A stretch of DNA of 63,261 nucleotides, filler included, from Octopus bimaculoides (Eukaryota), in assembly GCF_001194135.2 (NCBI RefSeq). It is 4 parts of 4 records of this genome, joined end to end, with 100 filler letters (N's around TTAATTAATTAA, not from the genome) between each part and the next. Parts side by side here need not be neighbours in the genome. Positions count along the whole stretch, not along the records: positions 1 to 15,097 come from NC_069000.1; 3 more parts are not named here. One strand, 5' to 3'. The position numbers were made by a program, and so were the translations under genes. The notes beneath the pieces were generated by a model. It searched no databases and was not told the DNA's origin. It saw nothing but the letters and a program-made list of their open reading frames with translations. This document shows positions 1 through 14,800 of this stretch, piece by piece. Position 1 is the stretch's first letter; the number at the start of each line of letters is the position of its first letter.

Positions 1-269
1 CCCCACCCCACAAGATCACAGATAGAACCTACTTTTTATATTACGTCCACGTACAAGCCTTTTATATGTCTTAACATTTAATATTTCATATATATATTTT
101 ATTGCTTTATATATTTTTCTGTATATTATTTTTCACCCTTTATAATTGTGTAACTTATACGCGTGTAGTATATATCTAATGTGTATGTGCGTGCATATAT
201 ACATGTGTACGAATGATTGTATATATATATACGAGTGCAATACTCTACCTGTTGTACTTCTCTCCTTCC

Positions 270-860
270 TTCATACATATATGTATGTATATACGTTTAT
301 ATATCTGCAGGTGTAGATATGTTTGACAGACAGGAGGGTGTATTTATGTATATACATATATAAGTCATTTTGTATATTCAAGTTTTTTGTGGCGAATGTG
401 TATGTTTTACGGTTCATGTTTTTTTTGTGTATGTTTTTATTTGTATATACGTCTATCCGCATATGTATGTGCATGTGCATATAGACTATGTTTTGTATAT
501 CTGCGTATGTTTGTGTGTGTGCGTATAGAGATGTGTATATGAACATAATGATGCGTGAGTTTTTGCGTATGTATTTTTATTTCTGCATACGTCTATCCGC
601 ATGTGTATATGCATGTGCATGTAAACTACGTTTTGTATATTTGCGTATGTATGTGTATGCGTGTAGAGATGTGTATATGAACGTAGTGATACGTGCATGG
701 GTATATATACGTGTGTATGTGCGTGTATGCGTAGACATATATATGTATATATGTGTGTTTGTATGTATATGTACACGCATGTGTGAGTATGTATATTTAC
801 ATACATGTGTGCGTGTATGTGTGCGTACGTGTATGTGTGTGTGTATGTGTGCATATGCGG
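270..860. repeat. Cryptic (TA/TG) low-complexity tract with an internal ~135-140 bp diverged tandem duplication
   Basis: Alternating purine/pyrimidine sequence; 422-552 and 561-690 align (gtctatccgcat...ttttgtatat...agagatgtgtatatgaac). Confidence 0.85.
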
Positions 861-943
861 ATTCTATAAATGAAGTTTTACTTTCGCCATACATATTGGA
901 GTAACATCCCTTTAGTCAACTATTTTTTCATAGTGTTTTGTTT

Positions 944-1014
944 GTCTTAATAACTGATGAGATGCCGGAGCAGACTTCAGCCCCGGCATCCGAAAATCTG
1001 AGTTTTATTATGAC
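944..1014 (+). ncRNA. Type I hammerhead-ribozyme-like motif, probably Penelope-associated and degenerate
   Basis: CTGATGA at 954-960; stem II GATGCCGG/CCGGCATC; CGAAA at 991-995; stem I GTCTTAATAA/TTATTATGAC; short near-palindromic stem III AATCTGAGT. Confidence 0.6.
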
Positions 1015-1856
1015 AACCACCAACTAATTGTCACATATTATATATATANNNNNNNNNNNNNNNNNNNNNNNNNNNNNNNNNNNNNNNNNNNNNNNNNNNN
1101 NNNNNNNNNNNNNNNNNNNNNNNNNNNNNNNNNNNNNNNNNNNNNNNNNNNNNNNNNNNNNNNNNNNNNNNNNNNNNNNNNNNNNNNNNNNNNNNNNNNN
1201 NNNNNNNNNNNNNNNNNNNNNNNNNNNNNNNNNNNNNNNNNNNNNNNNNNNNNNNNNNNNNNNNNNNNNNNNNNNNNNNNNNNNNNNNNNNNNNNNNNNN
1301 NNNNNNNNNNNNNNNNNNNNNNNNNNNNNNNNNNNNNNNNNNNNNNNNNNNNNNNNNNNNNNNNNNNNNNNNNNNNNNNNNNNNNNNNNNNNNNNNNNNN
1401 NNNNNNNNNNNNNNNNNNNNNNNNNNNNNNNNNNNNNNNNNNNNNNNNNNNNNNNNNNNNNNNNNNNNNNNNNNNNNNNNNNNNNNNNNNNNNNNNNNNN
1501 NNNNNNNNNNNNNNNNNNNNNNNNNNNNNNNNNNNNNNNNNNNNNNNNNNNNNNNNNNNNNNNNNNNNNNNNNNNNNNNNNNNNNNNNNNNNNNNNNNNN
1601 NNNNNNNNNNNNNNNNNNNNNNNNNNNNNNNNNNNNNNNNNNNNNNNNNNNNNNNNNNNNNNNNNNNNNNNNNNNNNNNNNNNNNNNNNNNNNNNNNNNN
1701 NNNNNNNNNNNNNNNNNNNNNNNNNNNNNNNNNNNNNNNNNNNNNNNNNNNNNNNNNNNNNNNNNNNNNNNNNNNNNNNNNNNNNNNNNNNNNNNNNNNN
1801 NNNNNNNNNNNNNNNNNNNNNNNNNNNNNNNNNNNNNNNNNNNNNNNNNNNNNNNT

Positions 1857-2265
1857 GTCCAGTACTATTTTGTATTTTTTAGTGATTTCATTTTTTAGTA
1901 GTTCATGATACTTGTTCATGTTAAGGTTATATACATTGTTTGTTTTATCTGAGTGCACAATAATTCCGTCCTTGGTTTTTAATAAGTCTTTGAGTTTTTC
2001 CGATTTTGGTAATAGTCCATAACTCCTGTTCGAACGCTTCAAGATGGGGATAAGATTGCGCGAGTTTCTTAATTTTAAAGTTTCTAGATATTAGCTCCGT
2101 TTCTCTATCAATGTTAGTATGTGCATCGTGTTTATTATCAAAATGAAATGCTCTCTATCTGTGTCTGTGGATGAGTTCAATGCTTTTAGATATTAGTTCC
2201 TTCATATACTCATTCTTAGGTGGTATAGGTATAACTTTTAAAGATTCTCTCCATTTTACCTGTAT
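1857..2265 (-). mobile_element. Penelope-like element (PLE) ORF relic, N-terminal/pre-RT region
   Basis: Minus strand reads SLKVIPIPPKNEYMKELISKSIELIHRHR*RAFHF...IIVHSDKTNNVYNLNMNKYHELLKNEITKKY. This resembles the PLE KNIPIP..Y...LI.K.E....RW.A.F and ADKT motifs. In-frame stop present. Confidence 0.65.
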
Positions 2266-2550
2266 AGTCCTTTTATAATTATTACTAGAAAAATAAATAA
2301 ATGTTAATTACTAGATTTATTTAGAGGATATGGTAACCTCATGAAGGGATGGTTATGTCCAAGGGGATACAGGTTCAATGCCTAGTATTAAGGGGGAATG
2401 AAATTCCTTTTAAAAATTTGTTATATATTAAGCATATAGTTCATATCCAGTTGGATTTTTGTTATCATAGGGTCAACAATAACAATAGGATGTTTATACG
2501 TACATAAAAATATAATTATACCCATACGCATATATGTATACATACACACA

Positions 2551-2803
2551 CTCTCTTTTTACTCTCTTTTACTTGTTTCAGTCATTTGACTGCGGCCATG
2601 CTGGAGCACCGCCTTTAGTCGAGCAAATCGACCCCGAGACTTATTCTTTGTAAGCCTAGCACTTATTCTATCGGTCTCTTTGGCCGAACCGCTAGGTGAC
2701 GGGGACATAAACACACCAGCATCGTTTGTCAAGTAATGCTAGGGGGACAAATACAGACACACAAACACACGCATATATATATATGCATATATACGACGGG
2801 CTT
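2551..2803 (-). mobile_element. SINE family A, 3' half
   Basis: Matches other copies in the window (acttgtttcagtcatttgactgcggccatgctggagcaccgcc...). Confidence 0.9.
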
Positions 2804-3216
2804 ACATATAATAAAAATATATACGTACATACATACACCCACCAACATACATACATATATTTATAAATATACACACATACATACGTATGAATACATACAT
2901 ATATATATATACACACTTATACATGTATAAACATCCATACACGTATGTATACATATATACATATACAGACATACACTCATACACATATGCGAGTGCGTGC
3001 ATATACATACATAAGAATACACTTACAAACTCCTCCCATTTACTCCACTAAATCCGAAACTGATTATAAACTATCTATAAAAAAATTATTCTGATGAATC
3101 TAATACGATTTAGCTAATTATTCCATATGCAATGCAAATTAACAATAATATAATCAAACCTCTATTTAGGACCATTTATAAAGAAATTAACATCGATAAC
3201 AAATACAGCGTGTATT

Positions 3217-3303
3217 GTGTTTATTATCAAAATGAAAGGCTCTCTATCTGAGTCTGTGGATGAATTCAATGCTTTCAGATATTAGTTCCTTCATATACTC
3301 ATT
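3217..3303 (-). mobile_element. Second fragment of the same PLE region as 2128-2214
   Basis: 87-bp near-identical match to 2128-2214. Confidence 0.75.
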
Positions 3304-3687
3304 AGCATTGATAACAAATCAACCACAAAAGTGTCCGTATTGGTTTTAACCCAACTCCTAATTTGCTAACAATTATATCATCCATTAACAATAGAAAAGT
3401 AAATAAATTCTACAACAATAGAAACAGCCACAACAATATTTCATCTAAACTATTGTTGGCCCTATAATAACAAAAATCTACAGGCTCACACATTTTTATA
3501 AAATAGACTTGATATATTTCTTTCTAGAGGTAATATTACGTATACATACTAATTCAAAATATCCTTAACTAATGGTCAATGATTTACTAAAATGGATCTA
3601 TATTAATTTTATTTATAGATGTGATGGGTATGAAATATACATACATACATACATACATACATACATAATACATACATACATACATAA

Positions 3688-3718
<31 letters not shown>

Positions 3719-4240
3719 TTATATATATGTTTTATACTCTTATTTATATCTTACACATGAATATTTTTATTCTTTTTTTATTCTTTTTCCTCATTATACA
3801 TTTATTCACTATACATTTACCTTATTTTAATTTTTTCATTTATTTCTATTTTCACTTTATTTAATTTTATATTTTTCTTTATTTTAGTTTATTTATCATT
3901 ACATTCTAATCAATCCGTTAACCCATCACCCGCACATTGTAATATCAAAGTTATAATTAATCATATTTAGTCTGTTGGTATGAACTGATAGGTCGGAATG
4001 TAACATCTTAAGTTATATCTCTATTTCTCCAATGAAATTAGGCTCAAAGCATATTAATGCAAATTTAATGCACAAAATTGTAATTTAATCATTGAGTATC
4101 AATGGAGACGGCTGTAAGAAATAAAGATTACCAATTTGTTAATGATAAATAATTATTAACTTTCTACTCGCCATTTTCTTTTCTTCATTCAACTGAACTG
4201 AACTCAACACGTTTTTTCTTTCTATTTATTTCTTCATATT

Positions 4241-4350
4241 TCTTTCTTTCGAAAAGCGTAGACTCGAAATGTAAAAAGACTTTTCCATTTTCCGAACGTC
4301 AAACTACTACACTTGCTTGTTGTTCCTACACCTGTCTTCGCCTTTGTTTT
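4241..4350 (+). mobile_element. Degenerate short repeat related to 46330-46450, with a hammerhead-like relic
   Basis: Shares gcgtagactcgaaatgtaaaaagacttt...acacctgtcttcg with 46330-46450. Confidence 0.5.
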
Positions 4351-4945
4351 TCTATAAGTTTGAGCTATATATATCTCTCTCTCTCTATATATATATATAT
4401 AGATATATATATATATAGTGTGCATTCAAAACAATGATTAATAACATTACGAAACCGGTATGCTTTTGAATATGTTTTTTAATTCACAATAATGACTTTT
4501 ATTACTTTTATTCCTACCTCAGTTTATCTAATTGTGTATATCTATCGTTACTTTTCATAAAAAGCCTTTACTTTTATTGATTTCCAATGTGCATTTTCGC
4601 TTATTTTTCTTCTTACTTTCCCCTTACATTTCCACGGATAGTTTCTATTTTGTTTTTGTAACATATTTCTATTATATATATATATATATATATATNNNNN
4701 NNNNNNNNNNNNNNNNNNNNNNNNNNNNNNNNNNNNNNNNNNNNNNNNNNNNNNNNNNNNNNNNNNNNNNNNNNNNNNNNNNNNNNNNNNNNNNNNNNNN
4801 NNNNNNNNNNNNNNNNNNNNNNNNNNNNNNNNNNNNNNNNNNNNNNNNNNNNNNNNNNNNNNNNNNNNNNNNNNNNNNNNNNNNNNNNNNNNNNNNNNNN
4901 NNNNNNNNNNNNNNNNNNNNNNNNNNNNNNNNNNNNNNNNNNNNN

Positions 4946-7309
<2,364 letters not shown>

Positions 7310-7366
7310 AAACAACAACAACAACAATCTGAAACAGAAGTATCCCAGTCTGCGCAAATTTTCTCC

Positions 7367-7645
7367 AATGATATTAAGATGGAGTTTGGACTCTCAAAAT
7401 GTGCTACGATGGTGATGAGAGGAGGAGAGCTTGTCATGACTGAAGGGATAGGGTTGCCAAGTGGTGAAACGATGAAGGCAATTTAACCTCAGTCCAGCTA
7501 TAAATGGTTGGGAATACTTGAGGCAGATGGAATCAAACGCAACGACATGAAGGGAAAAATAAAAAGAGAGTACCTGTTGCGAGTGAGAAAACTATTGTCT
7601 CCAAAGCTGAATACCAGAAACATAATTTCGGCAATAAACTTGCGC
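7367..7645 (+). mobile_element. Dong/R4 LINE RT/thumb fragment (copy B)
   Basis: DIKMEFGLSKCA...YKWLGILEADGIK...KIKREYLLRVRKLLSPKLNTRNIISAIN. Confidence 0.85.
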
Positions 7646-7648
7646 GCA

Positions 7649-8416
7649 GCCGAATTTCACGGGAAGGCTGCAATCAAAAAACCACTACTTTCGAAAACAA
7701 ACGTTGCAAAGCGTTTAGAGTGGAAAAAACCCCTACAGAATTGGTCCCTAGAACAGTGGAAGAATGTTATTTTCTCGGACGAGTCATCCTTTACCATATT
7801 TCGGACCACGGGCCGAGTATGCGTGTGGAGACNNNNNNNNNNCATATTTCGGACCACGGGCCGAGTATGCGTGTGGAGACAGCCAACAGAAGCATTATTC
7901 CAGACTGCTTTCTTCCAACTGTCATACATGCAGGAGTATCTGTGGTGATCTGGTGGGTGGGGTGAGGGGCTGTATCTTGGAAATCCGACGGCCCAATGGT
8001 TTCCCTTCATGGCAGGATTAATTGTCAAGACTATTTAAGCATTTTATCTGATCAAATTCATCCCGTAGTTGCGGAACTGTTTCCGGAGGGAAATGCAATC
8101 TTTTAGGATGATAAATGCACCAATTCACACTGCTAAAGTTGTTACTGAATGGCATGAGGAACATTCTAGTGAAGTTGAACATCTTATCTGGCCACCACAG
8201 TCCCCAGATCTCAATATCATTGAACATTTATGGTGCATTTTAGAAAAACAAGTGAGGTGCCGATATCCTCCACCATCATCACTACAAGAACTGGAAACTG
8301 TTTTAGCTGAAGAATGGACAAAAATTCCTTTGGAAACAATTCATACTTTGTGCGAGTTCATACATCGTAGAATTCAGTCTGTAATTACTGCCAAAGGCGG
8401 TCCTACCCCGTATTAC
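7649..8416 (+). mobile_element. Tc1-family DD34E transposase relic, catalytic domain
   Basis: KPLLSKTNVAKRLEW...WKNVIFSDES; frameshifted DD-NAPIH; WPPQSPDLNIIEHLW; KGGPTPY. Followed by a gap; no TIR visible. Confidence 0.92.
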
Positions 8417-9162
8417 NNNNNNNNNNNNNNNNNNNNNNNNNNNNNNNNNNNNNNNNNNNNNNNNNNNNNNNNNNNNNNNNNNNNNNNNNNNNNNNNNNNN
8501 NNNNNNNNNNNNNNNNNNNNNNNNNNNNNNNNNNNNNNNNNNNNNNNNNNNNNNNNNNNNNNNNNNNNNNNNNNNNNNNNNNNNNNNNNNNNNNNNNNNN
8601 NNNNNNNNNNNNNNNNNNNNNNNNNNNNNNNNNNNNNNNNNNNNNNNNNNNNNNNNNNNNNNNNNNNNNNNNNNNNNNNNNNNNNNNNNNNNNNNNNNNN
8701 NNNNNNNNNNNNNNNNNNNNNNNNNNNNNNNNNNNNNNNNNNNNNNNNNNNNNNNNNNNNNNNNNNNNNNNNNNNNNNNNNNNNNNNNNNNNNNNNNNNN
8801 NNNNNNNNNNNNNNNNNNNNNNNNNNNNNNNNNNNNNNNNNNNNNNNNNNNNNNNNNNNNNNNNNNNNNNNNNNNNNNNNNNNNNNNNNNNNNNNNNNNN
8901 NNNNNNNNNNNNNNNNNNNNNNNNNNNNNNNNNNNNNNNNNNNNNNNNNNNNNNNNNNNNNNNNNNNNNNNNNNNNNNNNNNNNNNNNGTTAGACATTAT
9001 ATAACTTGGTATTAGAAGAGACAAAAAACAAAAATAAATACAGAGATATAACATAAAATTACATCAAAACAAGGAATATATCTATATATTATTAAGAAAG
9101 AAATAAGAGTTATATGAGGTAAAAATGTACATGAAAAGTGTAAATAATATATATATATATAC

Positions 9163-9204
<42 letters not shown>

Positions 9205-10174
9205 ATGTTAATTGTTATGGGCCGTAAGAGAGTCACCTTGTTTTCGCACCTATAAAATGCTTATATATTCTATACCATGCACATATAAAATTGAAAATAT
9301 ATATATAGATACATCATATGTACATTCTCTTATACATGCATACATACATATATACATATACACATACATACATACTATATATATATATATATATGTANNN
9401 NNNNNNNCTAGCATGGCATTAAAAACCTTATAGGTAATAATAATTATTAAAATTATAATTATATATATATATATATATAGGTATTAGTATGTTTAACTTA
9501 TCATGCAGAAATATTTTCGTCTGACTAGGTATATACAGATATTAATCAATGATTTATTTTACCTGTTGGTATGAATACTGGAAAGTCGAGTGTTTCATGT
9601 AAAGCAGGCAAACTAGATACTTATTTCTGCTCGCTTTTGCTGACTGTTTCCTCGGACAACAAAATGAATATTCACGTTTCATTTGGTTGCATGACAGCTA
9701 TCAACAGATACATGCGCGCGCTAACTAAAGTTTTTCTACCTAGTAGTTTTCAGCGATTGTTTCTATTTTTAGATATTTTTCGTTATTGTGACTATCTTTT
9801 TCAGTTTTTGCTTATTTGAAACACCTTTCCTTGCATGCCTGCATTATTCATTTCTCCATTTCTTTCTGTCTGTCTGTCTTTCTTTCTTTCTTTTTTTTTT
9901 ATTCATTTATCGGGTTTAATTGTCTTTATGTTAAGCTGCATTGTCCAGTTTAAAGCAAAGAAGTTTAACTTGTGATGATCACAATAGTAACTTACGTTGG
10001 GAAGCTTGATGCTTATCGTTTGTCAGCAAATTAATGAAAAAGTCGGCGGACTGGTAAGATTTTCAGAGCGACGGACAAAATGCGTGTCTCTATTTAGTTG
10101 TGGTACAACTGGAAATCGACAGGGACAGAGAAAGCACGTAAACAAAAACATATATTCTAAAAGGCTGACGTATA

Positions 10175-10454
10175 ATGATTAGTGCGGAGTCAGGACCTAG
10201 CCACTGAATTACAGAGACTATGGAAATTGCGGGTAAAATATATCCCAGTATTTATAGGTGCACTAGGAACTATACCTAAAGATTTGAACAGATGGATAGA
10301 GAAAATAGGCTTAAAAGCCGGTTTAGTACAGCTGCAGAAAACTGTGTTATTAGGGAGAGCTAGGATACTTAGAAGGGTTCTTGGTATCTAAGGTTACTTG
10401 TTGTAGCCCGCTGTTAGTAATTTTTATTATCCAACAGTCTAAACTGTTGCGTGT
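10175..10454 (+). mobile_element. Dong/R4 LINE 3' end (copy C)
   Basis: DLATELQRLWKLRVKYIPVFIGALG...LQKTVLLGRARILRRVL*, then 3' UTR and (TAA)n. Confidence 0.85.
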
Positions 10455-10480
10455 ATAATAATAATCCTAATAATAATAAT

Positions 10481-10549
10481 AGAAATACGAAGGTCGGGAT
10501 CAATGAAGAGAGTAGACGTGATACCAATAGTAATTGGTGCACTTGGAAG
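10481..10549 (+). mobile_element. Short Dong/R4 C-terminal fragment (copy D)
   Basis: gtagacgtgataccaatagtaattggtgcacttgga = VDVIPIVIGALG. Confidence 0.6.
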
Positions 10550-10554
10550 AATCA

Positions 10555-12690
10555 GAAATCTAATCTTCCATATGTTCAAAAAGGGTGTAAAAGGAATTCT
10601 TATGGGTGCAAAGATCAATTACTCATAAGTAAAATTATTGTAGAGAATTGTCGGAGTAAAACAAAGAACCTGAGTATGACATGCATAGACTACAGGGAAA
10701 CGTTTGATAGTGTCCCACATATTTGGCTACTCAGGCTCTTGAGATGTATAAGATCTCTCCTGTCATCTCCAAATTCTTACAAGGTAATATGGCCAAATGA
10801 AACACGTCTCCTTCTAAACCATAGTAATGGGATGAACCGATCTAACAATATTAACATCAAACGAGGCATCTTTCAAGGTGATTCCCATTCCCCATTACTC
10901 TTTCGCATGGCACTGATCCCACGCTCAAAGTAACTGAGTAACTCCAGCTATGGGTTCAAAGTTTATAATACGACAATAACCCATCCGATGATATGAAGCT
11001 GTTTGCTAGAAATGACAAAGAGCTAGTAGGGCTGCTAAGAACTGTTAAAGAGTTCGGCAATGACATCGGGGTGGATTTTGGCCTTGATAAGTATACTAAA
11101 GCAATTTTTGTAAGAGGCAAGTGCAGGCAAGCAGCTTCAGTTGAATTAGATACCGACACTATCATCAAGGAGCTTGACCCACGATAAAGTTAGAAATACT
11201 TGGGGATAAGCGAAGGAAATGGTATACAACATGCTACTATGAAGGAAAAATAAAGGAGTATTAGAGGAGAATAAGACTCATACTAAAAACTGAACTCAGA
11301 TCGAAAAATCGCATCGAAGCCATTAACACTCTGGCACTTCCTGTAGTTCAATATAGTTTTAACATCATTAACTGGAAACTTACAGAGCTCCAGCGCCTGG
11401 ACAGGTCACAAGAAAACAATTAATTATTAAGAACATGCACCACCCAAAAGCAGATGTTGATCTGGTAATAGGGGAAGAAGAATGATGCAAGTAGAACTGT
11501 GCTATAAAACCTCTACAATGGCAATGGACAAGTACTTATCTAGTGCAGAGAACTGGATGCTGCGGCTTGTGCGCAAACACGAAAAGCACAAAATATCACA
11601 TGATGTTGTCAAGGAAACTTACAAATTTGCAAAGGTACTTGGTCTTAACCCTGAATTACATGCAGAATCTGAAACCACTACCTCAAAACAAGCAAAGCGG
11701 ATAAAGTAGGCTGCAAAAAGAACAGGTAGAAACAAACTGTGGGGCGGTGGAGCCAGAAGCCTCTGCATGGACAGCATCTATTTCGAAGTCAAAATGCTGA
11801 TGTTGACCAAGCAACAACCCATCAGTGGCTGAGAAGCTCAGGACTGAAAGCAGAGACAGAGGTTTTTGCAGTGGCGGCACAAGATCAAAGTGTGCTTATC
11901 AAAAACTACCAGGCTAACGTTCTTCAAAACAGTTCTGATCCTAAATGCAGATTCTGCGACACAGTTGACGAAACAATAGACCACCTCATCTTGTGTTGTC
12001 CTGTACTGACACCGAACGAATACAAAAGTCGCCACGATAGTGTAGGATAATATTTACATTGGAAAATATGTAGACACTACAAAATCAGCACTCCTGCTTA
12101 CTCAGTAGGAACATCATCCTGAATCAGGTAAAAGTAAAAATGTCATTGAAGATAAAAATGTCACTGTCCTTTGGGATTTTCCTGTCAACACTGACAGAAC
12201 GATCCATACTTATCGACCAGACATAATTATTAAACACATGTAAGAAAATACTTGTAGAATAATAGATATAAGTATTTCCACTGATGAAAATATATGTGTA
12301 AAAGAATTTGACAAATTAAGTAAATATAAGGACCTGGAAATTGAAATACAAAAGATGTGGCATCTTAAAGCGAGAACAGTTCTTGTAATTATAGGTGCCC
12401 TAGGTAGGATAAAAAAGGGATGTCAGAAACATCTAGATAAGATCCCAGGAGAACTATATCTCTGAGAAATCCAAAAGATTATGCTGACAAGTACTTCCCA
12501 CATACTTAGAAAAACCCTATCCATTTAAATGTCTGTGTTGTATTACATGAAGGTATTTCGCTATTGTCCCTGCCACTTTCCCTCCCCAAGCTTTAGGTCA
12601 TACTGGAATGTCTCTTATCCTTCAGTCGCCCTAGGAGACGCTGGGTGTGTCTCGGCAAGAGACTGTAACAAACATGCAAATTAAAAATAA
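10555..12690 (+). mobile_element. Dong/R4 LINE, 5'-truncated and degenerate (copy E)
   Basis: QKGCKRNSYGCKDQLL; DYRETFDSVPH; FQGDSHSPLLF; CRFCDTVDETIDHLILCCPVL; RHDSVG; RPDIII; IGALG; 3' UTR ends in (AAAT)n(AAT)n. Confidence 0.92.
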
Positions 12691-12697
12691 ATAAATA

Positions 12698-12760
<63 letters not shown>

Positions 12761-12761
<1 letters not shown>

Positions 12762-13780
12762 GACAGGAAATAGACAGAGAAAAATCCGAGCAATGGTTGA
12801 GAAGTTCAGGACTCAAAGCAGAGACTGAAGGATCTTTAATTGCTGCACAAGACCAAAGCCTCCCCACCAGAAATTACCAAAAACATATAATGAAAAGAAA
12901 CATAACAAGTAACTGTAGAATATGTGGAGATGGACAAGAAACAATAAATCATATTATCTCTGGCTGCCCAGTCCTGGCTAAGAAGGAATATATTCACAGA
13001 CACGACAGAACTGGGACCTATATACACTGGAAGTTATGCCAACACTATGGAATAACAACAGAAAAAAGATGGTATAAACACACGCCAGAAAAGGTCACAG
13101 AAAACGAGAAAGCAACCATACTCTGGGATATGCCAATACACACAGATAGAGAAATTAAGGCAANNNNNNNNNNNNNNNNNNNNNNNNNNNNNNNNNNNNN
13201 NNNNNNNNNNNNNNNNNNNNNNNNNNNNNNNNNNNNNNNNNNNNNNNNNNNNNNNNNNNNNNNNNNNNNNNNNNNNNNNNNNNNNNNNNNNNNNNNNNNN
13301 NNNNNNNNNNNNNNNNNNNNNNNNNNNNNNNNNNNNNNNNNNNNNNNNNNNNNNNNNNNNNNNNNNNNNNNNNNNNNNNNNNNNNNNNNNNNNNNNNNNN
13401 NNNNNNNNNNNNNNNNNNNNNNNNNNNNNNNNNNNNNNNNNNNNNNNNNNNNNNNNNNNNNNNNNNNNNNNNNNNNNNNNNNNNNNNNNNNNNNGTAACT
13501 CGAATGTGGAATCTAAAAACAGAAACAATTCCTATTATAGTAGGTGCCTTAGGTATAATTAAAAAAATATTCAGACAAATACATAACAAAACACCTGGAC
13601 TTACAAATATATATAACATACAGAAAATTGCACTACTGGGCACTGCACACATCCTACGCAAAACACTTTCAATACAGTAACCATAAGAGCACCACAGCAA
13701 ACCACAGCACGTACCCAAGGCGCACAGATCTGCGCTCGGTAGTGAAGTGAATGCACGTTATAAAAATAAGACTACTGAAC
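12761..13780 (+). mobile_element. Dong/R4 LINE 3' portion (copy F, relatively young; internal gap)
   Basis: Open ORF with AAQDQSLPTRNY, CRICGDGQETINHIISGCPVL, RHD, ILWDMPIHTD. (AAT)n on both sides; 3' end ...ctactgaac shared with copy G. Confidence 0.92.
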
Positions 13781-13822
<42 letters not shown>

Positions 13823-13929
13823 NNNNNNNNNNNNNNNNNNNNNNNNNNNNNNNNNNNNNNNNNNNNNNNNNNNNNNNNNNNNNNNNNNNNNNNNNNNNNN
13901 NNNNNNNNNNNNNNNNNNNNNNNNNNNNN

Positions 13930-14073
13930 GCAACTGGTACTTAATTTATCGACTCCGAAAAGATGAAAGACAAAGTCGACCTTGGCAGAATTTGAACTCA
14001 GAACGTAAAGACAGACGAAATACGAATAAGCATTTCGCCCGGCGTGCTAACGTTTCTGCCAGCTCGCCGCCTT
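13930..14073 (-). mobile_element. tRNA-derived SINE family C
   Basis: Minus strand head GGCGGCGAGCTGGCAGAAACG..., B-box-like GAGTTCAAATTC; matches 24815-25030 and 52116-52333. Confidence 0.9.
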
Positions 14074-14800
14074 ATAACAACAACAACAACAACAACAACA
14101 ATAATATTAATCTTACTATAATGGGTATTATATCCATCTGTCTGTCTGTTCCCTCTTCACGGTCAAACGGCTCGACAACCGTCACGATGTTTCTCGGGAT
14201 TCCGAATGAGGTAATCAGGAAGGCTTTTAGCGAAAAAAATGTGAAAAAGTATGATTATTTAGTGGATATTGAGGATAATTGTTCAGTTTACAAGCGTAAA
14301 AAAAGTAAATAAGAATTAAGTGCGTGATAACTAATAAAAAAAGCAAAGGGAAGTAAGTCAACTTGCTTCTACACTGAAAATACAAAACAAGCAAAGCCTC
14401 TGAAGTGCCGAATTGACAGCATAATTTGCGTTTAACACGCGTCTAGGTGTTTCCGATATTTTCTTCATGTACAATCACCTCATGAGTGTATGCTCTATGG
14501 CAGAGTCCATCGTTAAATTAATGCTGTCAAAGTCTGCTCAGAACGATCAGATACTTCCACTAAAAAACATTTCTTAGAAACTCTCTCTATTCTACCGAAG
14601 ACCTCCACACCCTTAATTCTTATTTGCTTTTTGTAAGCCCGTAAAGTGAACAATTACCGATATTTTGTTAAAATTCAAGCGATGAGGATTAAGTCTGGAT
14701 TCTTCCCTCCACGCCGTATAGTTTGTGAATTTAGAGGGTTTAGATTTGCGATACTATCTCTTTATTTCCCACTGTAGATGGGTAGATTCCGAAAGATTCC

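Noticed and set aside
271-904. Y/H/T/I- or C/V-rich ORFs here and at ~30900, ~42300 and ~62300
   Set aside because: Translations of TA/TG/CA microsatellites, which lack stop codons in some frames.
3091-3120. CTGATGA followed by a short ATC/GAT stem
   Set aside because: No GAAA after the stem, so not a hammerhead.
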